Source: a virus. From it: a DNA stretch of 64,000 nucleotides. The stretch lies in IMG/VR virus record IMGVR_UViG_3300012922_000006, positions 27,598-91,597 of that record; one strand, 5' to 3'. How positions within the stretch are numbered: the stretch's first letter is position 1; the number at the start of each line of letters is the position of its first letter. Below are positions 55,973-64,000 of the stretch, piece by piece. Made by a program: the position numbers and the translations under genes. The notes under the pieces are model-generated. The model worked only from the letters and a program-made list of their open reading frames with translations. It was not told the DNA's origin and did not search any database.

Positions 55973-57669
55973 GTCGCCTTCCTCGCCGTGCTGCTCGTCT
56001 CCTCGCCCTGGGGGAGGAGCTTGTCCGCGCGCACTTGGATGTAGTTGATCGCGCCCAGCTCGAGGGACACGTGGTCGCTCTCGAGGTTCCAGTCGACCTT
56101 CATCGTCTTCAGCCTGAACGTCGTGAGGAACCCCGCGTTCGTGTACGCGGTCGCGTACGCGCGCGCGAACTCGTCAGAGAAGCCCGCCGACGTGAGCAGG
56201 CGCTCGCCCCGCTGCTGCGCGGTGAGGAGCTGCTCGACCTGCGTGACCGTCGCGGGCTCCTCCTGCGTCCTGTTCGTGAGCAGGTCGAACGAGTCGCCGA
56301 CCTTCATGTCGAGCACGTCCGGGTCGAGCTGGTCGCCGCCGAAGCTCCAGAGGTCATTCGTCTTCACCGTGACCTGCACCTCGTGCCGGCCAAGCTCCTC
56401 GTAGATCCCCTGCGCGATCGACCGCAGCACCTTCTCATCGGAGATCCCGCTCACCTCGTAGACCGCCCACTTCTGGTCGGGCTGCGTGTTGCCCGGGAGC
56501 GCGTACGCCTGGCGGTCGTCCTTCTGCGGGAAGCGTGCGACGAGCGTCTTCTTGCGATCACTGTAAAAGCACCTTACTTCCACGTTAGTGGGCACCTGCT
56601 TCGAGAAGTTCCGTGCGATCGTCATCTCGCGCACCGACCGCCCGTAGATGACCTGTCGCTGCTGGATCGTCCTACCGCCGACGACGCGCGGGACGAACGG
56701 GTCGTCGGTGCGCTGCTCGCCGCTGCTCGTCATCAGCGAGCGGACCTTCTGTACGATGACCGTCGTCCCGTCGATCCTCACGGAGTGCGCGCACGCGCGC
56801 GCGACGTCGGTGAGGTAGTCGAGCACGCTCATCTTCTGGCTCGACGCGCCGCCCCCCTTCGACGGGACCGGCCCGAGGTGGGGGCGGAACGCGGTGCCGC
56901 TGAGGATCTTGTCCATCGTCGGGGGCGTGTCCGTCGCGGGGAGGTACTCGACCGTCAGGCCCGAGAACTGGACGAAGTTCGCGAGGTAGTCGGCGATCGC
57001 GCGGTCGAGCGGCTTGTCCGCGGCGACCACGAGCCGCGGGGGGCACTCCTGCTCGATGAGCAGCGAGGAGTTGTCGCGCGCCTCGATGCGGATCATGGGC
57101 TCCGCCGCGTTGCCCCAGTCGATCTCCCACTTGTCGACGAAGCCCTGGAAGCGGAGGTTCGTCCGCTGCTGCCCGTGCGGGTCCGTGTAGCCCGCCGGCA
57201 GCGCGTAGTACGGGAGCTGCTTGCCGCGGACCTGCGCGACGTGGTCGTCCTCCGGGATGGTCCCGAAGTAGAACTCGACCGCGACGGCGCGGCAGAGGCG
57301 CGGGTCGATCGGGCAGTCGGCGTAGCGGATCGACGCGTGGAGCGTGTCCGCCGTGCGCACCCCGTTCTGCGCCCAGCTCGCCTCGCGCGGCACGACCTCG
57401 AAGTCGAACGTGAGGTCGTCCGCGGATCGCATGCGCGACTGCGGCGCCGCAGTCGACGGATCCGACCCGCGCGCGACGAGCACGTACCGCGTCACTCCCG
57501 GCGGCGCCGTCGAGTCGAGCTGCGGGACGAGCGCGCTCCGCGGGTCCGTCGTCCCCGAGAGGTTCTTCGTCGTCTTCTCGGGGACGCGCTTCTTCAGGCG
57601 CGAGTCGTCGCCGAACTCGTCGAGGCGGAGGACGACGCGGATCTTCGCGCGCGGGAAATAATCACCCAT
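55969..57669 (-). CDS. baseplate hub (gpD/gp27-like)
   Basis: FQGFVD...IEARD; size and position. Confidence 0.65.
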   Translation of the reverse strand: MGDYFPRAKIRVVLRLDEFGDDSRLKKRVPEKTTKNLSGTTDPRSALVPQLDSTAPPGVTRYVLVARGSDPSTAAPQSRMRSADDLTFDFEVVPREASWAQNGVRTADTLHASIRYADCPIDPRLCRAVAVEFYFGTIPEDDHVAQVRGKQLPYYALPAGYTDPHGQQRTNLRFQGFVDKWEIDWGNAAEPMIRIEARDNSSLLIEQECPPRLVVAADKPLDRAIADYLANFVQFSGLTVEYLPATDTPPTMDKILSGTAFRPHLGPVPSKGGGASSQKMSVLDYLTDVARACAHSVRIDGTTVIVQKVRSLMTSSGEQRTDDPFVPRVVGGRTIQQRQVIYGRSVREMTIARNFSKQVPTNVEVRCFYSDRKKTLVARFPQKDDRQAYALPGNTQPDQKWAVYEVSGISDEKVLRSIAQGIYEELGRHEVQVTVKTNDLWSFGGDQLDPDVLDMKVGDSFDLLTNRTQEEPATVTQVEQLLTAQQRGERLLTSAGFSDEFARAYATAYTNAGFLTTFRLKTMKVDWNLESDHVSLELGAINYIQVRADKLLPQGEETSSTARKAT

Positions 57670-57703
57670 TGTTCATCTCCTCGCGGCATGCGGACGAAGA
57701 GAA

Positions 57704-58163
57704 ATGCATTCGCATGGCCACACGCGCCGTCACAATCGTCATCCCCTCTACTCAACTTGGTCCGTGATGCGAGAATCCGAAGGCACACAACTTCCACCTA
57801 TACGGAGCCCTCGGAGTCAAAGTATGCGCGAGGTGGAGGCACGACTTCGTCGCATTCATGACGGACGTTGGTCCGAAGCCTAGCCCAGAGCACACGCTCG
57901 ACCGTCGCGACACCACCGGTGATTACGAGCCTGACAACGTGCGGTGGGCAACGCGCAAGGAGCAGCAGCGAAACAAGCGCAACAACGTCAGGGTCACATT
58001 CGCCGGTGAAACGCTGACGGTCGCGGAGTGGGCCGAGCGACTCGGTGTCAGTCACGAATGCTTGTCGTGGCGTCTTCGCAAGTGGTCCGTCGACCAGGCC
58101 ATGAATCGTCCGATCCGGAAACAAGTCAGACGAGCGCGGTCGTCGACGCGAGCGCCGGGATGA
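57704..58163 (+). pseudogene. frameshifted HNH endonuclease (YGGRGI type)
   Basis: HG..RHPLYSTWSVM is out of frame with CENP...YGALGVKVCARW...TLDRRD..GDYEPDNVRWAT; break at ~57765. Confidence 0.72.
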
Positions 58164-59373
58164 CGAGCTTGGTGCCCGGCCGGATCTGCACCGTGTGCCA
58201 CGAGAGGCGGTTCGCGCGCAGCACGTCCGCGGCGTGGTCCGGCGTCCCGTAGAAGCGCTGGCTGATCTTCTGCGGCGTGTCGCCCTGCTTCACCACGTAC
58301 GCCGTCTGGATCGTCCTCGGGTCCGGGTTCTGGTCGCTGACCTGCTCGCCCGAGAGCGGCACCGAGTGCGTCGCCGCGCTCGACCGGATGCTCTGCCCGA
58401 AGACGTAGGCCGCGTCGGCGGCCTCGAGCGCCGCGTCCTGCGTGAGCGAGAACTGACGGAACGCGCGCAGCACGCTCACCGCGTCGGACTGCGTCGACGT
58501 CACCTCCGCGGGCACCGCGCTCAGCGTTTGCCGCGCAGCCCCGGCCTGGTCCTGCACGTTGCGCGCGTGGCGGATGCTCTGGTGCGTGACCTGGAAGGGC
58601 TGCCCGACCTTCCGCGCGAGCGCCTGGATCTGGTTCAGCTCCGACTGCAGCTGGAGCGCCTGTCGGGAGATCGCCGCGTTCACCTTCGCGGGCAGGTTCG
58701 CGAGCTGCTCGAGCTGCCCGATCGTGAGGCGGTTCGGGAAGTTCTTGGCGTCCGCGGCGAACGCGTTCGCGTCGACCAGCGCGCGTAGCTTCGCGAGGTA
58801 CGCGTCGCTCATCGTCGTGACCGTGTCGTCGCGCGTGCTCGCCACCTTCGCCTGCGCGACCCCGCGCCCTGCCCACTCGAAGGTCACGTCCCACTCGATG
58901 TCCCAGTACGTCGACGGCTTGAACGACCACTGCTTCGCGCGACCCTCGCGCACGATCGACCCGTTCGCGGAGACCGTCCCGTCCCCGACCGCCGACGGCG
59001 ACTGCTGCGTGTTCCACACGACCCGCAGCCGCCTGCCCGACCGGAACAGGTCCTCCAGGAACTGCATGAGGACGAAGGGCTCGTCGACGGTCGTCTCGCG
59101 CCCGTCCTCGTCCACGATGGTCGCAGGCGTCTTGTAGAGCCGCGTCTTGTTCCACTCGCCGTTCCAGGCGCTCGGCATCTCCTTCGGCCCGAGCACCGCC
59201 TGCGACGCGTCGTCGCCGTTGCCCGGGTACCAGGTCGTCGTGAGGTTCATCTCCCCCGACCACGGCGCGCCCTTGAACGGCATCGCCGGCCCGACGAGCA
59301 CCGCGCCGCGCGGGGAGGACTGCGTCGACCCCGCGCCCAGCACCTCCGTGATGACGACGTTCGTGAGGAACAC
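58126..59373 (-). CDS. LysM-domain tail/baseplate protein
   Basis: YVVKQGDTPQKISQRFYG...VLRANRL...PGTKLVIP. Confidence 0.8.
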   Translation of the reverse strand: MFLTNVVITEVLGAGSTQSSPRGAVLVGPAMPFKGAPWSGEMNLTTTWYPGNGDDASQAVLGPKEMPSAWNGEWNKTRLYKTPATIVDEDGRETTVDEPFVLMQFLEDLFRSGRRLRVVWNTQQSPSAVGDGTVSANGSIVREGRAKQWSFKPSTYWDIEWDVTFEWAGRGVAQAKVASTRDDTVTTMSDAYLAKLRALVDANAFAADAKNFPNRLTIGQLEQLANLPAKVNAAISRQALQLQSELNQIQALARKVGQPFQVTHQSIRHARNVQDQAGAARQTLSAVPAEVTSTQSDAVSVLRAFRQFSLTQDAALEAADAAYVFGQSIRSSAATHSVPLSGEQVSDQNPDPRTIQTAYVVKQGDTPQKISQRFYGTPDHAADVLRANRLSWHTVQIRPGTKLVIPALASTTALV

Positions 59374-59391
59374 GTCGTCAGGCTAGCGCGA

Positions 59392-59679
59392 TCAAACCGG
59401 AGGCATCCCCCCGCCGCCGCCACCCGGGGGCATCCCGCCACCACCGCCAGGAGGCATCCCCCCGCCACCGGGGGGCATCCCACCCTTGGCCATGTGCGCG
59501 GCCCACATGGCCATCGGGTGCGGCGCCATCTCGTCCTTCGAGGAGCTGTCGCTCGAGGAGGACGACGAGGAGGAGCTGCTCGACGATGACGAACTCGAGG
59601 AGCTGCTGCTCGACGACGAGGAGCTGCTCGAGGAGGACGGGTTGCTGCCCGCGAACGGGTTCTTGAACGGGTCGGCCAT
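59392..59679 (-). CDS. low-complexity poly-Ser / Gly-Met-Pro-Pro protein
   Basis: AAGGAG SD; 29-Ser run in mixed codons; fills the gap between the tape measure and LysM genes. Confidence 0.65.
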   Translation of the reverse strand: MADPFKNPFAGSNPSSSSSSSSSSSSSSSSSSSSSSSSSSSSSDSSSKDEMAPHPMAMWAAHMAKGGMPPGGGGMPPGGGGGMPPGGGGGGMPPV

Positions 59680-59714
59680 GGCGCTAGCTCCTTGGGTGCC
59701 CGATCTGTAACACG

Positions 59715-59736
59715 AGTCGAGGCCCGGGCCTCGACT
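59715..59736. repeat. 22-bp palindrome, copy 12 (directly after the tape measure stop)
   Basis: exact match. Confidence 0.97.
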
Positions 59737-61581
59737 TCAGACCCCGAAGGCGCTGCCCGTCCTGGCCTGGATGCGCGCGGTCGCCGCACGCGAGATGTCC
59801 TTCCGGAACGTCAGGATCACGCGGTCCGGGTCCTCGCCGCGGAGGTCCTGCGTGATGTGGAAGGCCGCGCCGTAGAAGTTCACCTGGTGCCCGGGCGCCT
59901 TGATCCCACCCTCCTTCTTCACGATGTTCGCGGCCTCGCGCATCTTCGCGGCTAGCTCCGGGGCCTTCTCCCCGAGCACGTGGATCAGCTCCTGGAAGCC
60001 ACCGTGGATGGACACCTTCCCCGTCACGAAGGCGTCGCGGAGCGCCTCGTTGTCGTTGAGGAGCGAGAACGCGTAGTCGAGCGACCCCTGGTTGTTCGTG
60101 TCGATCGCCTTCTGGAAGTACTCGGCGACCCCCGCTGAGTCCTTGCTCGCGACGGCGTGCGCGACGGCGTCCGACTGCGCGAGGAACTCGTTGTGCCAGT
60201 CGCGCATGCTGGCGATGTTCCGGTTGATCTCCTCCTGGAGCGTCCCGGCCTCCGTCGCCGCCTTCCGGTACGTCTCGACCTGCGCGTTGAACTGCGCGTC
60301 CCCCTCCGCCGTCACGCCGCGCGCCGCCGTCCTCGCGCGCGCCTCCTCGTTGCCGGCGTGCGCCTCGCGGATCTTGTCGCCGATGCCGGGGACCATCTTC
60401 AGCACGCTGACGATCCCGTCGCGCACCTTGTCCATCGTGTCCGCGACCCACTTCATCGCGTGGATGAAGTCGACCGTGATGTCCTTGAACGTGTGCGCGA
60501 TCGTCCCCGCGTTCGCCTTGCCGAAGTCCCACATCCCGCGGAACGACTCCGTCAGCTCGTCGAACGTCGACGCGACCTCGTCCCAGTTCTCGTGGAACGC
60601 GTCGTAGACGCCCGAGACGATGTCCGAGAGGAAGTCGACGGCGTGGCCGACCTCGTAGCCGACCTTCGCCCCGAACTCCTCGATCGCCTCGACGTGCTCC
60701 GCGAGGAAGTCGCGCACCGCGACGAGGTGGGGGACGAGCGCAGCGAGGATCGGCTTGCCCATGCCCTCCAGGAACTTGTCCTTCAGCTCGTCGAAGCTGA
60801 CCTTCAGCTCCCCGAGCGACGGCGCGCCGATCGCGCCGGCCTTCTTCAGGGCCTCCGCCTGCTTCGCGATGGCGCGCTCGCCCATCTCGATCTGCTTCTC
60901 CGGCGTCATGTGCTGGAGCTGCGCGGCCACCGCCTTCGCGTTGCCCTGCAGCGTGTGCGTCGCCGCGATGAGCTGCACGATCGGGTTGCGGGCGCGCACC
61001 ATGCCCGCCTCCATCATCGCCATCCCCGAGCTGAGCGCGCCGATCCCGCCGGGGACGATCTTCCCGACCGTGGCCATCTGCTCGGTGAGGTCCTTCGCCT
61101 TCTCCGAGGACATTGTCCCGCGGCTGATCAGCTGGTCATAGGCGTCGACCATGCTCGACGCCGCCGTGCCGCTCTTGATCGCGAGGTTCTCGAACTCGTC
61201 GATCACGTCGCCCGTGTAGGCCTTCAGCTGCTCCATCGAGTGCGCGCCGCCGTCCATGAGCAGCAGCAGGCCCGCCATCCCGCGCTCCTGCATCGCCTGC
61301 TGGTCCGCGGCCTCCATGGCGGCGTCCGCGAGCTTCTCGGTGAACTCCCACGCCTGGTGCACGCCCTCGGCGAGGAGGCTCGCGCTCTTCGAGGCGAGGC
61401 CGAAGGCGAGGTTGCCCTTGAACACCTCGCCCGCGATCCCCTCGCTGCCGGCGGCCTTCTTCGTCTTCTCGGCCTCCGCGTTCATCTCCGCGAAGCCCTG
61501 CTTCACGCCCTCGACGATCGACTTCGACAGGTCGTCGACGACGAGCTTGATCCTGACCTCTCCGGTCGCTTCGTCCGCCAT
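59737..61581 (-). CDS. tail tape measure protein
   Basis: Ala-rich helical protein directly after the chaperone genes. Confidence 0.78.
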   Translation of the reverse strand: MADEATGEVRIKLVVDDLSKSIVEGVKQGFAEMNAEAEKTKKAAGSEGIAGEVFKGNLAFGLASKSASLLAEGVHQAWEFTEKLADAAMEAADQQAMQERGMAGLLLLMDGGAHSMEQLKAYTGDVIDEFENLAIKSGTAASSMVDAYDQLISRGTMSSEKAKDLTEQMATVGKIVPGGIGALSSGMAMMEAGMVRARNPIVQLIAATHTLQGNAKAVAAQLQHMTPEKQIEMGERAIAKQAEALKKAGAIGAPSLGELKVSFDELKDKFLEGMGKPILAALVPHLVAVRDFLAEHVEAIEEFGAKVGYEVGHAVDFLSDIVSGVYDAFHENWDEVASTFDELTESFRGMWDFGKANAGTIAHTFKDITVDFIHAMKWVADTMDKVRDGIVSVLKMVPGIGDKIREAHAGNEEARARTAARGVTAEGDAQFNAQVETYRKAATEAGTLQEEINRNIASMRDWHNEFLAQSDAVAHAVASKDSAGVAEYFQKAIDTNNQGSLDYAFSLLNDNEALRDAFVTGKVSIHGGFQELIHVLGEKAPELAAKMREAANIVKKEGGIKAPGHQVNFYGAAFHITQDLRGEDPDRVILTFRKDISRAATARIQARTGSAFGV

Positions 61582-61590
61582 GCGCGGAGT

Positions 61591-61935
61591 CTAGCGGTCC
61601 TCCATGCCCCGCGAGACCGCGTCCTCCTCGTCGAGCAGCTCCTTGAGCGCGCGGTACCACTCGCCCAGCTCCGCGACGTCGACGTCGTCCCACTCCGCGG
61701 CGAGGAAGGGCTGCCTCCCGTAGCGCGCGAGCTGGAGCTTCTGCTTCCTGCGCGTCTTCAGCAGCTCCTCGCCGTCGACCTCGACGGTGTGGTGCCACAT
61801 CGCGTCCGCGACCGTGCGCGAGTGGAACGCGAGCCTCCCGACCACCGCGTCGACCTCGAGTGGGTCGGGCACCGTCTCCTGCGCCTCGTCTACCCAGCCA
61901 CCGCGCTCATGGAGACGAAGCAGTTGATAAAAAAA
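61591..61935 (-). CDS. tail assembly chaperone, -1 frameshift extension
   Basis: -1 frame open from the T TTT TTT site (61929-61935) to the stop at 61591. Confidence 0.7.
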   Translation of the reverse strand, partial: FFYQLLRLHERGGWVDEAQETVPDPLEVDAVVGRLAFHSRTVADAMWHHTVEVDGEELLKTRRKQKLQLARYGRQPFLAAEWDDVDVAELGEWYRALKELLDEEDAVSRGMEDR

Positions 61936-62507
61936 TCGAGCACCACCCCCTGCTGGGGCGAGTGCGTGCGGTGGTAGACGTTCACGAGCATGAGCCTGCC
62001 GACGGGCCCGATCTCCTCCCAGAAGCGCGCGACGTTCCCCTCGGGGACCTTGCCGCTCCAGTCGACCTTGTGGCCGTCGACGGCGCGGATCATCTGCTTG
62101 GCCATCTCCTTGTAGGTCCGGTTCGAGTCGCCCATGGCGCGCTTCACCGCCATGTTCTCCTCGGCGTCCGTGAGGGTCCAGCAGACGACGACGCGGTCGC
62201 CCTTCCCGGTCGGGTCGAGCCACTCCTCCTTCAGGCGCGCGAAGAACACGCGCTTCCCCTTCGGGAACCGGAACCCGCTCGCGGGGTCCGGGATCTGCGC
62301 CCACGGGGGCACGGCGTCGGGCTCCTCCGCGACCTCCGCCTCCCGCTTCGGCACCGGCGTCGTCCCAGAGTCCTCCGCCTCCTGGGCGCCCTGCGCGCGC
62401 GCCGCCTCGTCGAGCGCGCGCTGCTCCTCCGGCGTCACCACCGAGTCCGCGTACGCCTGCTTCCACGACCGCCCCGCAGCGGCCCCGCCCTTCGCCTCGT
62501 CTGCCAT
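61890..62507 (-). CDS. tail assembly chaperone
   Basis: between tube and tape measure; AGGAGG SD; slippery heptamer near the 3' end. Confidence 0.75.
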   Translation of the reverse strand: MADEAKGGAAAGRSWKQAYADSVVTPEEQRALDEAARAQGAQEAEDSGTTPVPKREAEVAEEPDAVPPWAQIPDPASGFRFPKGKRVFFARLKEEWLDPTGKGDRVVVCWTLTDAEENMAVKRAMGDSNRTYKEMAKQMIRAVDGHKVDWSGKVPEGNVARFWEEIGPVGRLMLVNVYHRTHSPQQGVVLDFFINCFVSMSAVAG

Positions 62508-62665
62508 GTGTCGCCTCCTGACGCGGTGGAGGCTACCAGGCGCGTGGTGGGCGGGGAGGCGGCGCGCGACTTCCAGGAGGCGACCTGGCCCGCCCTGGCA
62601 GAGCGGTGAACGTGTCCGCGCGCCGACCCCCGCCCGCGATGGTCGCCCCCTGGTCCTCTGCGGGC

Positions 62666-63103
62666 TCACGTCCTGGTGAGCTGCACGTCCTCGCACTCGC
62701 CCTGGATCTTGTGCTTCACGTACTCGGCCCGCGCCGAGATGTTGATCGGCAGCGCCCCGAAGCTCACGTCGGTGAGCGTCGCGTCGGGCGTCGTCCCGTC
62801 GGGGTACTGGAGGATCGCCGCGATCGTGAAGACGATCGTCGGCGTGTTCCGCTTCGCCTTGTCCTGCACGGCGACCACGAATGGGATCCAGTCCTGCGAG
62901 TGCGTGTGCATCTCGAAGTCGAACTTCACGCCCTTGAAGATGTAGTCCTTCCGCTCCGTCTTCTCGCCCAGGTACCCCTGGCTCTTCAGCTCGAACTCCA
63001 GCTCGAGGTTGAAGCCCTGGATGTCTGTCAGGGTCGCCTCCAGGTCACCCCCGCGGGTGACCAAGATCGAAGTTTCCTGGCCACGGATTCTATCGGTGCT
63101 CAT
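62666..63103 (-). CDS. tail tube protein
   Basis: 145 aa, beta-rich, immediately after the sheath. Confidence 0.72.
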   Translation of the reverse strand: MSTDRIRGQETSILVTRGGDLEATLTDIQGFNLELEFELKSQGYLGEKTERKDYIFKGVKFDFEMHTHSQDWIPFVVAVQDKAKRNTPTIVFTIAAILQYPDGTTPDATLTDVSFGALPINISARAEYVKHKIQGECEDVQLTRT

Positions 63104-63128
63104 AGACGCGTCTCCCTCTTAGGTTGCT

Positions 63129-64000
63129 CTACGCGGCCTGCGGCAGCGTCGTGGTCACCGACACTGAGTCGCCGATCTCCGTCTCCAGCACGATGTAGTC
63201 GAGCGACGTGAGCGTCTGCACCGACACCTTGAGCCGGAAGATGCCCTGGCCAGCCTGCACCGGCGTCGTCTGGTCGACGCACGGCGTGTAGCCGGCGATG
63301 CGCTGGCTCCCCGGCGAATTCGCGCCGAGCAGGCCCGCGAGGAAGCCGTTGATGCCCGTGCTGACCGCCTTCTTCCGCCGGAAGGTGCCGAGCTTCTTCC
63401 CGAAGCCCGAGGCGAACTTCGACACCGAGTCCTGGATGAAGTCGGCCATGCGCCGGCGCGCGATGCGCACGAGGCCCGGGTTCACGAGCGGGTCGACCGA
63501 CGTGACGCCGCTCTGGAAGATCGCCGTCCCCGCGTCGCCGTCGAACCGCAGCGCCGCGATGCCCGCCGCCTTGAACGCGGTGTAGTCGCCCATCTCGAAG
63601 TCCTGGACGTTCGCGCCGCGCTCGATCGAGTTCACGTTCCCCGCGAACGGCGTGTCCTGGCCCGGGTTCTCCTCCGGGGGGAGCTGGCTGAGGATCGTCG
63701 CCATCCACCCGTCGCTCGTCTGGTCGATCGTCCCGTCCGCCGTGAAGCCCGCGCCGCCCGAGAGACCGCGCCGCCCGATGAGCGGGACGAACGTGTTCGC
63801 GCCGACGTAGCAGTAGACCGTGCGCCCGTCGCGGTACGCGCCGACACCCGGCTCCGCGACCGTGCTCAGCGCCACCTGCGCGGGCGTGTCGAGCGGCGGC
63901 GAGATGAGGGCCATGCGCCCGAAGCACCCGTTCCCGCTCGCGTCGATCGCGTTCTGCCGGAGAGCGCGCCGCACCGTGTTCGAGTGGCGCGCCGCCCAGA
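63129..64000 (-). CDS. tail sheath protein, C-terminal part (partial)
   Basis: RIARRRMADFIQDSV...FL..L...I..Y...LDYIVL, typical of a sheath C-terminus. Confidence 0.8.
   Translation of the reverse strand, partial: WAARHSNTVRRALRQNAIDASGNGCFGRMALISPPLDTPAQVALSTVAEPGVGAYRDGRTVYCYVGANTFVPLIGRRGLSGGAGFTADGTIDQTSDGWMATILSQLPPEENPGQDTPFAGNVNSIERGANVQDFEMGDYTAFKAAGIAALRFDGDAGTAIFQSGVTSVDPLVNPGLVRIARRRMADFIQDSVSKFASGFGKKLGTFRRKKAVSTGINGFLAGLLGANSPGSQRIAGYTPCVDQTTPVQAGQGIFRLKVSVQTLTSLDYIVLETEIGDSVSVTTTLPQAA

Noticed and set aside
59540-59640. Poly-Ser region as a DNA tandem repeat or assembly artefact
   Set aside because: Codons are mixed rather than a perfect repeat unit, so it was treated as a protein-level feature.
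118-59736. Palindrome as a CRISPR repeat, MITE/IS end or simple intrinsic terminator
   Set aside because: Copies are kilobases apart with no spacer array, no cas or transposase gene, no target duplication, no U-tract and no loop or stem variation, and five are in coding sequence.
118-59736. Palindrome as a protelomerase (telRL) or recombinase site
   Set aside because: Such sites are normally single-copy, and no protelomerase or tyrosine/serine recombinase was recognisable in the window.
5040-61977. Long Arg/Ala/Pro-rich ORFs such as 5040..6923+, 19629..22046+, 27028..29763+, 18040..20745- (5' part) and 60157..61977+
   Set aside because: Shadow frames of real genes in high-GC DNA, with no motifs and biased composition.
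1-64000. tRNA/rRNA genes, integrase/repressor cassette, reverse transcriptase or DGR
   Set aside because: None recognisable by eye; tRNAscan-SE, Infernal and HMM searches would be needed to exclude them formally.

Overview
This window is 64 kb of a very GC-rich tailed dsDNA phage with a contractile tail (myovirus type), and nearly all genes lie on the - strand. From right to left it carries: (i) a tail module (sheath, tube, chaperone with a -1 frameshift, tape measure, LysM protein, hub, spike, baseplate wedge and J proteins); (ii) a short + strand island; (iii) an origin-like non-coding region at the strand switch (~44.1-44.5 kb); (iv) a replication/recombination module (SF2 helicase, DnaB, primase, sigma-like factor, family-B polymerase, UvsY-like, SSB-like, RecA, SbcD/SbcC, UDG-like, RuvC-like); (v) three DNA methyltransferases, nucleotide-metabolism genes, the terminase subunits and many small hypothetical genes. 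No capsid, portal, integrase, tRNA or CRISPR array was seen. A myxobacterial host is suggested, but only by inference. The main unexplained signal is a perfect, invariant 22-bp palindrome (AGTCGAGGCCCGGGCCTCGACT) found 12 times at fairly even ~5.4-kb spacing, both next to stop codons and inside essential genes, which suggests a genome-wide protein-binding-site system. Other notable items are a CGGCAT motif 9-12 nt before many start codons that lack a Shine-Dalgarno site (possible leaderless promoters read by the phage sigma), an sbcD gene split by an HNH gene, a 29-serine/GnMPP mini-protein in the tail operon, a MazG-NUDIX fusion, and six HNH genes or remnants. All annotations come from reading motifs by eye; no database searches were run.
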